Part shown: one piece after another, positions 1 through 7,435 of the stretch | How positions within the stretch are numbered: position 1 is the stretch's first letter | Layout: each line of letters starts with the position of its first letter | Made by a program: the position numbers and the translations under genes | The notes under the pieces: model-generated | What the model saw: only the letters and a program-made list of their open reading frames with translations | Told to the model about the DNA's origin: nothing | Database searches by the model: none | Source: Promethearchaeota archaeon | GTDB lineage: Archaea > Asgardarchaeota > Lokiarchaeia > Sigyniarchaeales > SOKP01 | Length of the DNA: 10,496 nucleotides | NCBI GenBank assembly: GCA_011364975.1 | Contig: RDOE01000102.1 | Location: forward strand, 1 to 10,496 | Direction of reading: 5' to 3'

Positions 1-110
1 GAGCATCTGATTCCACTGATAATTAGAACTTCTTTCTAATTTATTAATTTTCTAAATTAATTCTTTTTAGCATTTCAATATATTACGAGGAGAAATTGGA
101 GATGGACTCT

Positions 111-126
111 TTTTTTCCTTTATAAA
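111..126 (+). promoter_or_regulatory. Putative promoter (TTTTTTCC-TTTATAAA) of the 962-aa gene
   Basis: Good archaeal TATA (TTTATAAA, 119-126) 64 nt before the ATG, with the same upstream T-tract-CC as other copies. Confidence 0.5.
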
Positions 127-182
127 TACCCAAGACATTAAAAGTATAACATAATCATTTAATATCTTCAAGTGAAGAAATA

Positions 183-3071
183 ATGTATCGACACAAATTT
201 AAAATTATATCTGGATTTTTATTTCTAGTAATTTTTTTTAATTCCATCCAAGGAATACAGTTTGATTCATCCAGTAATGATGTTAATCTAATCCCAAACT
301 TTTTACCTGAAGTTTCAATGAGTAACTTCGATTTATTGGAAGATGTATTGAACACCAACTTAAACCAATTTTCGTTGGGAGGATACTTTTCACAAGAATT
401 TAGACCTTCTTTAGAAGCAACATACTATGCTCTTTTTATCTTAGAAAAGCTCGGCAAATTAACGCAGATAAATTTCCAAGAAATATCTGACTTCATCATG
501 TCGTATTATAATAGTTCAACTAAACTATTCATAGATGATTATACTAAACGCTATTTTGACACCAATATATCGCTATATTATTATCCGTATAATTCTCTAC
601 TGCTTAGTAATTGTTACGCAACGCTTGCACTCAAAATTATTGACGATCTTGAATTGATTGATACTAGTGCAATGTCTAATTTCATTTGGAGTTGCTATAA
701 TCCGGAAACCTCGGGATTTATCGGAAGACCCTATAGTCTTTCTTTACAATCCGAATGGCGATTGTCTACGATGGATAACACATATTATGCCGTATTAACC
801 TATAACGTTTTAGCAGGAGAAAATTGGAATAGTAAAGCCACAGAAAGAGAAAAACTTATTGATTTTGTGGAGTCACTTCAAGATAATCTTCGTGGTGGCG
901 GATTCCATAATGATGTTAATACCAATTTTGCTTCTCTACAAATAAGCGAACCTAACATACTTGCATCTTATTTTTGTATTAAAACTTTGCAAATTTTCAA
1001 CTGGATTTCAGCAATTGACCTTCCTGCATTTCATGGTTATTTAGAAGACTTATATCATCCTGAGGGAACCTATTTTGAAATTACGGCCTATCCTTTAATT
1101 CCTAACAAAAGCAGTATAGTAACCACTGCACTTGGATTGGCATTGAGTGATTTAACGCAATATACTTCGATTGATAGAAATAGTGTACTTCAATTCATTT
1201 TATCAAACCGTAATCCTGAAGGAGGCTTCTATCGTTCTCCTACCTTCCAAGACTATGAACTATTAGATTTATATCATATTATCTGTGGTTTAGAAGATGG
1301 AGATGAATTGAATGAATTGACGATTGGAGATAAACAGGAGCTAGCTGATTTTCTTATATTATATCAACATTACACTAAAGGATATACTCCCACCTCCTGT
1401 AATTATATGACTATAAATCTAATCCACAGCATTGTTGGCAGCCTTAAACTTTTCGAACGAGAAAATGAATTGGAAATACAAAATCTTTATACAATTATCT
1501 CGAAAAATCTTCGTACGGTATTGGATAATTATGGATTCATTATGAGTGGCGCTATTAGTAGTGCCCGTATTCAACCACTTGAAATCTTTACTATCGGTAA
1601 TAGGCAACAGATATCAGAAGTGCTTATGCCATTAAGCCACAAATCTACCTACTTTGGGTTAAAATCACTGTTCGATTTAAGAAAATTAAATGATTTAGCA
1701 AATTCATATAATCTAACGTACTTCATCCAAGGCGTACTTAACACACAATTCTTAGACATGAATTATCCTCAGAATTATGGAGCATTTTCTCATTTTTATA
1801 CCAACTTTAACCCTTCAAAGAAAAATGCTCTGATATCAGTAATTTATTCTTTTTATGCTGTAAAAATTCTAGAATTTCTCGCAGAATATCTTAATTTAGG
1901 GGCGATTACCAGCTTAGAATTCGATGTAGATGCATTGGCTACTTATATTACAAGACATATTGATGAATCCACCACCGAATTATTTTTCAATGAAGGTTAT
2001 TCTACTCTTCCTGAAGATTTACTGGAAGATACCTTTTATGGAATATATATTCTAAAAGCCATTAATCGCTATTCACTAAACTCTGATAAAATAAGACTAT
2101 TTATTCTTAATAATATCAATTATTCGAATATCAAAAGTGTCTATTTCAGCTTTAAACTCGCACAGTTATTAGATTTGAATATTCTATTTGACATACAACA
2201 GACTCACCAGTTAATTCAAGATATTTATTCTGCGGAATTACATGAATTTTATTGCACTACAGCAAACGATTTGATATCTCAAGAAGCAGTTTTCTACATT
2301 TCAGAGATGGCAAAAACAGATTCAGTACGGATCTTAACTAATTATCCTGCTGAAGTCCCCCTTGGAGGTTCTTTAAACATGTCAGCTGAACTATGTAACC
2401 TAGTATTGAAAGACTTTGGCCCTTATACCACAGTAAAGATAGAAAGCGATCAATTAGGAACTAAGATTATGGAGATTCAAGCGGATTATTCTTTTAAAAA
2501 ACAACTAACTATCAGTGCTGTAGCCAATAATTATCCTTCGGTTACCGGAGAAATTGTGGTTTACGATAGTAATTTAAAAGTTACCAGCTTCCCCTTTGAA
2601 ATTCCCACTACTTATGATTCAATGATTTCAATAAAGAAAGTAGAAGATCAAACCAAAATATCGCTTGCTATAAATGCTTCTTTAGTATTTGCTACAGGTA
2701 TGCAACCCATCTTCGGCGGAAAAGCTTTTATTAAGGTATATAAAGGTCAACTTCATATTGACTCCAAGAATTTTTTAGTTAATGATCTTTTACGCCATAC
2801 GGAGTTTACATTAGATTATTATCCCGCAGTAGAAGGCATTTATGAAATCGAAGTTTATTTAGATGACGGCATTGATCCTGCTTCAAAATTGCTTGGAAAT
2901 TATACGTATATTTGCGAAGACCCAGATTATACTGGCGGATATCGTACAGAAGCTAATGAATTTCTTCCCTTAATAATTTTCTTAGGAATTACACCTGGAC
3001 TTGCCCTAATTTTCTCGTATAAAAAAGACCTACCCAAGCGCCTCATAAAAAAATTAAGCTCTAAAAAATAA
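183..3071 (+). CDS. Secreted, C-terminally membrane-anchored protein with prenyltransferase/squalene oxidase-like (alpha/alpha barrel) repeats and C-terminal beta-rich domains
   Basis: 962-aa ORF. Basic then hydrophobic N-terminus (MYRHKFKIISGFLFLVIFF). Repeated helix-GGF-helix units resembling prenyltransferase beta-subunit repeats (FIWSCYNPETSGFIGRP..TYYAV; FVESLQD..GGGF..ASYFCIKTL; FILSNRNPEGGF; PSLEATYYAL). Beta-rich last ~200 aa, then a TM helix (FLPLIIFLGITPGLALIFSY) and a Lys-rich tail. Confidence 0.8.
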   Translation: MYRHKFKIISGFLFLVIFFNSIQGIQFDSSSNDVNLIPNFLPEVSMSNFDLLEDVLNTNLNQFSLGGYFSQEFRPSLEATYYALFILEKLGKLTQINFQEISDFIMSYYNSSTKLFIDDYTKRYFDTNISLYYYPYNSLLLSNCYATLALKIIDDLELIDTSAMSNFIWSCYNPETSGFIGRPYSLSLQSEWRLSTMDNTYYAVLTYNVLAGENWNSKATEREKLIDFVESLQDNLRGGGFHNDVNTNFASLQISEPNILASYFCIKTLQIFNWISAIDLPAFHGYLEDLYHPEGTYFEITAYPLIPNKSSIVTTALGLALSDLTQYTSIDRNSVLQFILSNRNPEGGFYRSPTFQDYELLDLYHIICGLEDGDELNELTIGDKQELADFLILYQHYTKGYTPTSCNYMTINLIHSIVGSLKLFERENELEIQNLYTIISKNLRTVLDNYGFIMSGAISSARIQPLEIFTIGNRQQISEVLMPLSHKSTYFGLKSLFDLRKLNDLANSYNLTYFIQGVLNTQFLDMNYPQNYGAFSHFYTNFNPSKKNALISVIYSFYAVKILEFLAEYLNLGAITSLEFDVDALATYITRHIDESTTELFFNEGYSTLPEDLLEDTFYGIYILKAINRYSLNSDKIRLFILNNINYSNIKSVYFSFKLAQLLDLNILFDIQQTHQLIQDIYSAELHEFYCTTANDLISQEAVFYISEMAKTDSVRILTNYPAEVPLGGSLNMSAELCNLVLKDFGPYTTVKIESDQLGTKIMEIQADYSFKKQLTISAVANNYPSVTGEIVVYDSNLKVTSFPFEIPTTYDSMISIKKVEDQTKISLAINASLVFATGMQPIFGGKAFIKVYKGQLHIDSKNFLVNDLLRHTEFTLDYYPAVEGIYEIEVYLDDGIDPASKLLGNYTYICEDPDYTGGYRTEANEFLPLIIFLGITPGLALIFSYKKDLPKRLIKKLSSKK

Positions 3072-3148
3072 TTTTTATTTCCTTTTTTTATATCTTTTTG
3101 ATACTTTCAAGTTATAAGATTTTACCTCTTGTTATAAACACAGGAAGC

Positions 3149-3174
3149 AAGGGATTGTTCTTAAGCAATCCCTT
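3149..3174. other. Perfect 9-bp inverted repeat (AAGGGATTG-N8-CAATCCCTT); hairpin terminator or dimeric regulator site
   Basis: Arms at 3149-3157 and 3166-3174, followed by CCTTTT. Lies 77 nt after the stop of the 962-aa gene and about 15 nt before the TATA-like element at 3189-3208. Confidence 0.55.
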
Positions 3175-3188
3175 CCTTTTGATGATAT

Positions 3189-3208
3189 AAAATTTTTCCT
3201 TTTTAAAA
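3189..3208 (+). promoter_or_regulatory. Putative promoter (AAAATTTTTCC-TTTTTAAAA)
   Basis: First 17 nt are identical to the - strand element at 7356-7372. TTTAAA lies 27 nt before ATG 3229. Confidence 0.45.
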
Positions 3209-3228
3209 TCCTTCTCAATATGCTAATT

Positions 3229-3516
3229 ATGGATTCTGATACTAAACAAGACCCCTTTGATTTATTCAATCCGAAAAAGCTCAAAATCAAGGATTTTTTA
3301 GTATTCAAGGAGTCCAATAACGAGGAGACTAATTATATCATCAAAGAAGTAGGTGATTCTAAAGCACAGAATCTCATAATCCTTCAATATCTCCAAAATC
3401 TTATTAAGTCATGCCCTGATATGAACTCGGAGGAAGTAACGAATTATCTTAAACAGCAACGTATTTTTATGAAACGATATCTTAAAGGAGTGAACCTATC
3501 TTCTAATCAACTATGA
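3229..3516 (+). CDS. Hypothetical protein (~95 aa)
   Basis: ORF 3220..3516 in the track. ATG at 3229 is preferred because it lies 27 nt from the TTTAAA element at 3202. Soluble charged composition, no recognised motif. Confidence 0.65.
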   Translation: MDSDTKQDPFDLFNPKKLKIKDFLVFKESNNEETNYIIKEVGDSKAQNLIILQYLQNLIKSCPDMNSEEVTNYLKQQRIFMKRYLKGVNLSSNQL

Positions 3517-3517
3517 A

Positions 3518-3539
3518 TTTTTTCCTTTATATGGTTGTA
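3518..3539 (+). promoter_or_regulatory. Putative promoter (TTTTTTCC-TTTATAT-GGTTGTA); may double as oligo-T terminator of the upstream ORF
   Basis: Copy of the recurrent motif, starting right after the stop at 3516. The TATA is 52 nt before ATG 3578. Confidence 0.45.
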
Positions 3540-3577
3540 ATTCTATCTAAGATTAAACTACCAATAAAGGAATTATA

Positions 3578-3748
3578 ATGAATAAAATAATAATAATAAT
3601 CCAGATATTAACTCTTTTATTAAGTATTTTTTATGGGATTACTATGTTCTCAGGAATCAATTTTTCAAACTTATTAGGAATGGTCATCACCTTAACGATT
3701 TGGGGCATTATTGAGACAAGCTTAATTGATACTTCTCGACAGGATTAG
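3578..3748 (+). CDS. Small hydrophobic (probably 2-TM) membrane protein, 56 aa, not in ORF track
   Basis: Manual translation MNKIIIIIQILTLLLSIFYGITMFSGINFSNLLGMVITLTIWGIIETSLIDTSRQD*. AAGGA 6 nt upstream of the ATG, promoter-like motif at 3518-3532, and it fills an otherwise empty ~300-nt gap. Confidence 0.55.
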   Translation: MNKIIIIIQILTLLLSIFYGITMFSGINFSNLLGMVITLTIWGIIETSLIDTSRQD

Positions 3749-3767
3749 GAATATTCAAGTTTAGTTA

Positions 3768-3785
3768 TTTTTTTTTCCTTTATAT
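3768..3785 (+). promoter_or_regulatory. Putative promoter (T9CC-TTTATAT); may double as terminator
   Basis: Copy of the recurrent motif. The TATA is 47 nt before ATG 3826. Confidence 0.45.
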
Positions 3786-3825
3786 TGTTTAATAAGATAC
3801 CATTATTAAAGAGTCAAGAGATATT

Positions 3826-4086
3826 ATGATGGAGTCATTATATAAAGCTAACACAAAAAAGGAAAAAGAAACGGTAGTTATTGAACTATTAGAATTTGAT
3901 AATCTGGATGTTATTATGTCAAAGATAATTGTACCATTTTCTGAAGTGATTAAACAAACAGGTATTCCAGACATATATAGCGGATATGAAAAAATTCCTT
4001 TTATGCTTCGGGACCCCCTCTATAAAAAACTATTACTTCAAGAATTCAAATCTGCCATACATGAATTTGAAAAATCTAATCATTAG
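3826..4086 (+). CDS. Hypothetical protein (86 aa)
   Basis: ORF with protein-like composition, preceded by the promoter-like motif at 3768-3785. Its 3' end overlaps the convergent gene by 11 nt. Confidence 0.65.
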   Translation: MMESLYKANTKKEKETVVIELLEFDNLDVIMSKIIVPFSEVIKQTGIPDIYSGYEKIPFMLRDPLYKKLLLQEFKSAIHEFEKSNH

Positions 4087-4603
4087 ATCTAACAGAATAA
4101 TGATTATTGTTATCTTTTATTAATATTTTATTAGTTATACCTCTAAAAATTAAATCTTTTAGAACTGAGAGAGGAATTTTATAATCAGAGGCCATAGCTT
4201 CTATCAAATATAAAGGAAATGATGAATAGCGATGAGATAGATCCCTTAATAAAACATTAAATGCTTCTAAATAATTTTCAGCGCCATCATTATATATCAT
4301 ACGTGATTTTTTATGTAATTGACTGGATTGTTCGCGGATTCGAGGAGCCATGATAAATTCAGATTCAGTCCGGAATTGTGGGTCACCAAGCTGATTCTGT
4401 AACTCCTTAACTCTATTAACTGCTGCGGTCATTCCATTTACGATCATGCCTGAATTTACTATTAGTTTAACCTGATGAGAATGCCCACATCGCAAGCATT
4501 TCTTAGTTTTTTGCGTAACTTTCACATAAGAATATTGTTTGCACTTATTACACTTAAACACAAGATAAGGTGTTGTATCTTTGGTAAATCCTAGCTCATT
4601 CAT
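4076..4603 (-). CDS. DUF1922-like zinc-ribbon protein with putative C-terminal winged-helix (175 aa)
   Basis: YLVFKCNKCKQYSYVKVTQKTKKCLRCGH has two CxxC pairs matching my recollection of the archaeal DUF1922 pattern. Start reassigned from 4633 to ATG 4603, which has GGAGA upstream and overlaps the hef 3' end by 8 nt. The C-terminus (LKDLIFRGITNKILIKDNNNHYSV) resembles a recognition helix plus wing. Confidence 0.7.
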   Translation of the reverse strand: MNELGFTKDTTPYLVFKCNKCKQYSYVKVTQKTKKCLRCGHSHQVKLIVNSGMIVNGMTAAVNRVKELQNQLGDPQFRTESEFIMAPRIREQSSQLHKKSRMIYNDGAENYLEAFNVLLRDLSHRYSSFPLYLIEAMASDYKIPLSVLKDLIFRGITNKILIKDNNNHYSVRSND

Positions 4604-6740
4604 CCGAAATATCTCCTTTTTTGGTATGATCATAAATACTTTTTACAATAAAATAAAGTTCTTCTGAGTTATCAATTGCAACAGTCTGAACTTGCTCTGT
4701 GTTCCCAAATCGTAAGAGTTGATCCTTTAATAACCGAGCTTCACCTAGGAATTGCTCTTTAAAATCAATAAAATCAAAAATTAGGATTAGTAGCTCATAT
4801 TTGGTTTTTCTAGGATTAATCCATGTGATTAAACTAGATTTATTTTTCTCTTTAATCATAAAGGGATCAATAATCTGAATAACCACTTTTTCAAATATTT
4901 GAACATGATTTTCTGATTGATTAATTTCAAAAGGTATCTGATCTTTCTGTAATGATTTTCGTAGTCCAAATTTAGAAGGTATTATCGTACTTAACTTAAT
5001 ATCGTAATGTGGTATAGATGTTTTCTCTGAATTATTACCAAGAAAAAAATCCAAATGTGATTTATCGGTTGATGGGGAAGATTTTAGGACCACTTGTTCT
5101 AAGAGATCTTCTTTTCTACATTTTTCGCTCAAAACATCAAATTGCATAGAATTAACCGGTTGGGAATAAGAGGAGGTAAGTTGTTGTTTTGTCTTTAAAT
5201 TAATATTCATCCGTTTCATTTTGCTTAGTGCGATCTTCAAGTAGGTCTCATCATGAGTATCTTTACAATACAAGATAATAACTTTCCCTTCTCTATGCCT
5301 TGCAGTTCGCCCTCTTCTCTGAATATAACGGATTTCGCTAGCTACAACATCATAAAATACCACTAAATCGCACTCGGCGATATCCAACCCTTCTTCGCCA
5401 ACATTAGTACTCACTAATACATTTAAGTCCCCTCGTTTAAACCAATCTAAGATTTGTAACTGCTTCTTTTGGGAAAATCCTTTATCATCCTGCGATTTGG
5501 TAGCTTGCCCTACAAACCGAGACGCTTTAATACACTTATTATTGGCATGCTTTAATTTAGACACAATATTTTTCACAGAATCACGAAGTTTTACAAAAAC
5601 TAAAACTCGAGAAGAGGGATTATGTAATAATTCTTCAAGCAATAAAGTTTCTAATACTTTGTATTTCGGATGGATCAATTCTTCAGGGGATAACTCTTCA
5701 TTTTTTAATAATTCGATCATTACCTGATTAAGGCGATGATCCGCAGATAGGATCTTAACAGCTTTCGAGCTGGTTTTTTTACGACCATCTTCCTTAAGTT
5801 TTCTTAAATAAATCAATAGCACGTCTAAGCCTTGTTGTTCAATAAGCTCAATCATGTGATATAAAATAAGGGCTTGGGCATTAATAGAAAGGGCGGTATA
5901 CACCCCTGTCTTATCACCATCACCATGTATCAATTTCACTAATTCAGAATTCAACCGAAGCAAATCTTTACGAATTACTTTCTCAAATAATTTATCTGCT
6001 TTTGCATCAAGAAATCCAAACTGGGAGAGATATTGTAACCGTTCTTCTAACAAAATTTTTACTGCTAGATATGCATCGGCCATTAGTTCGGTTAAATCCA
6101 CTCCAATTTTGTAGATATCTAACGGTTTCAAATAACCTTTTACATCCTCATCATTTCGGGTTCGAGTATGGATATTCCTAAGGTCGATATGTAAGTTATC
6201 ACATAATTCTTTAATTTTTTCTTTACTCGCCCCTGGACTTGCTGTAAGGCCAAGGATATTACCATCAGGGTTCTGCTCCACATACTCATCTGCTATTAGA
6301 GAATAGGGGTAATCTCCCATACTGTGATGGGCCTCATCGAATACAATTAAGCACACATTAGTTAAAGAATACTTCTTAGAGGCAATATCATTTCGTAAGG
6401 TTTGAGGTGTGTAAAATAATAACCTTTTCTGGTTGAATACTTGAGCTCGCTGTTCTGGCGGAGTTTTGCCAGTTAAAACCATAAACTGTTCTTCAGGTAT
6501 TGTAAGAAATTTTTTGAAGGAATCGTAATGCTGCGAAATCAAAGGACGAGTAGGGGCTAATATTATAACTTTACTATCTTTTGAGAATAATTCTAATGTT
6601 TTAGCGGCGACATAGACCGCAATCAAGGTCTTTCCTAAACCTGTGGGCAAGACTACTAATGCATTCTTTGCTACACACTTTTCTGCAATAACTAATTGAT
6701 ATTCACGTGCTTCAATTAGATTTTCTCGCAAATACACCAT
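4596..6740 (-). CDS. hef: Hef/FANCM(Mph1)-family DEAH-box SF2 helicase with degenerate C-terminal ERCC4-like domain
   Basis: Q motif REYQ; motif I LPTGLGKT; Ia APTRPL; II FDEAHH; III GLTASPG; HPK; RFVGQA; V STNVGEEGLDI; VI QRRGRTAR. The track start 6758 is TTG. ATG 6740, with GAGGA ~11 nt upstream, is more likely. Confidence 0.9.
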   Translation of the reverse strand: MVYLRENLIEAREYQLVIAEKCVAKNALVVLPTGLGKTLIAVYVAAKTLELFSKDSKVIILAPTRPLISQHYDSFKKFLTIPEEQFMVLTGKTPPEQRAQVFNQKRLLFYTPQTLRNDIASKKYSLTNVCLIVFDEAHHSMGDYPYSLIADEYVEQNPDGNILGLTASPGASKEKIKELCDNLHIDLRNIHTRTRNDEDVKGYLKPLDIYKIGVDLTELMADAYLAVKILLEERLQYLSQFGFLDAKADKLFEKVIRKDLLRLNSELVKLIHGDGDKTGVYTALSINAQALILYHMIELIEQQGLDVLLIYLRKLKEDGRKKTSSKAVKILSADHRLNQVMIELLKNEELSPEELIHPKYKVLETLLLEELLHNPSSRVLVFVKLRDSVKNIVSKLKHANNKCIKASRFVGQATKSQDDKGFSQKKQLQILDWFKRGDLNVLVSTNVGEEGLDIAECDLVVFYDVVASEIRYIQRRGRTARHREGKVIILYCKDTHDETYLKIALSKMKRMNINLKTKQQLTSSYSQPVNSMQFDVLSEKCRKEDLLEQVVLKSSPSTDKSHLDFFLGNNSEKTSIPHYDIKLSTIIPSKFGLRKSLQKDQIPFEINQSENHVQIFEKVVIQIIDPFMIKEKNKSSLITWINPRKTKYELLILIFDFIDFKEQFLGEARLLKDQLLRFGNTEQVQTVAIDNSEELYFIVKSIYDHTKKGDISDE

Positions 6741-6770
6741 ACTTTGATACATCCTCAAAGGGTATCATTA

Positions 6771-7331
6771 TTATGTAATTGTTATAATACAATTCTCACA
6801 AGAAATTGTTGAGATCGGTTTGTTTAATCGGTGATAATTCTTCACAATTTCTCCTACCTTAAGAGCGAATTCAGATGGATATAGTAATCCATTCCCTCGA
6901 TATTCAAAGAAATGGGGATGAATTTTCTTAAAGGATTTTATTTTTTTAAGCAAATTTGTAGAAGGGAATCTAATATCAAACCCTATCCCCTTGTTAATAT
7001 GGTTAAAATAATATATTATGTCGTTTAAAAGTTGTAAATGAGTTGTACTTAAACAAATTTCCATGCAGGACGTATTAGTATTAACATTTTTAGTAGATAA
7101 GTAATAATTACCATTATTCCATACTCTGTAGAACTTTTGGTTTTGTAGAGAAGCTTCGAAAATTGATTGACATCTCAAAATTATCTCTAAAAGAGCATCC
7201 AGTTCTGCAATGGAGAGATTCATGATTGAAGCTACTTTTGTTATACTAATCTTCCTTTCTTTCCTTTCACAAAAATGCTCCAATAAGTCTAATATTTTAT
7301 GCAACCGTGAAATTGTAGTGATATCATCCAT
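6771..7331 (-). CDS. Hypothetical protein, putative (tandem) winged-helix DNA-binding protein
   Basis: 186-aa ORF. HTH-like N-terminal segment (ISITKVASIMNLSIAELDALLEII) and wing-like C-terminal segment (HPHFFEYRGNGLLYPSEFALKVG). Ends in TAA TAA TGA about 30 nt before the likely hef start. Fold assignment is by eye. Confidence 0.65.
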   Translation of the reverse strand: MDDITTISRLHKILDLLEHFCERKERKISITKVASIMNLSIAELDALLEIILRCQSIFEASLQNQKFYRVWNNGNYYLSTKNVNTNTSCMEICLSTTHLQLLNDIIYYFNHINKGIGFDIRFPSTNLLKKIKSFKKIHPHFFEYRGNGLLYPSEFALKVGEIVKNYHRLNKPISTISCENCIITIT

Positions 7332-7346
7332 TAATCATTATATCCA

Positions 7347-7372
7347 TACAACCTATAAAAAGGAAAAATTTT
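7347..7372 (-). promoter_or_regulatory. Putative promoter of the wHTH-hef-DUF1922 unit (AAAATTTTTCC-TTTTTATA-GGTTGTA)
   Basis: TTTATA starts 28 nt before ATG 7331, the spacing expected for a leaderless or short-leader archaeal transcript. Confidence 0.5.
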
Positions 7373-7403
7373 CTCGAGACTAAATTACTTAGTTGTTAAA
7401 ATC

Positions 7404-7435
7404 AAATTAGAGAGATAAAATTTAGAGATAAATTT
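7404..7435 (-). terminator. Pyrimidine-rich tract after the hel308 stop, possible archaeal terminator
   Basis: The - strand reads AAATTTATCTCTAAATTTTATCTCTCTAATTT, an imperfect tandem duplication, immediately at and after the TGA. Confidence 0.3.

Noticed and set aside
1-110. Possible gene end or start at the left edge
   Set aside because: Too little sequence to choose between a + strand 3' end (stop at 37-39) and a - strand start.
155-1607. Antisense ORFs 155..358 and 1419..1607
   Set aside because: Short shadows opposite the well-supported 962-aa CDS, with no motifs.
3072-3100. TTTCCTTTTTTTATAT as another promoter-motif copy
   Set aside because: Directly follows a stop codon and is over 120 nt from the next start, so it is better explained as an oligo-T terminator. 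Not counted among the seven copies.
3142-3190. Hairpin as a possible SECIS element
   Set aside because: The upstream CDS has no in-frame TGA and the stem lacks a recognisable SECIS core.
3587-3600. (ATA)n microsatellite
   Set aside because: Only about four units, explained by a poly-Ile run in the small ORF.
3746-3829. Read-through of the TAG at 3746 (pyrrolysine or recoding) would extend the 56-aa ORF to a TGA overlapping the next ATG
   Set aside because: The extension runs through the T9CC-TATA element typical of intergenic DNA, and other genes give no sign of recoding. Likely chance.
3132-3974. Minus-strand ORFs 3132..3317 and 3789..3974
   Set aside because: Overlap better-supported + strand ORFs and lack expression signals.
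4076-4086. 11-nt convergent overlap of stop regions
   Set aside because: Common in compact AT-rich genomes and not informative alone.
7404-7435. AGAGATAAA(A)TTT tandem duplication as CRISPR remnant or mobile-element end
   Set aside because: Two short imperfect copies, no spacers, and no cas or transposase gene nearby.
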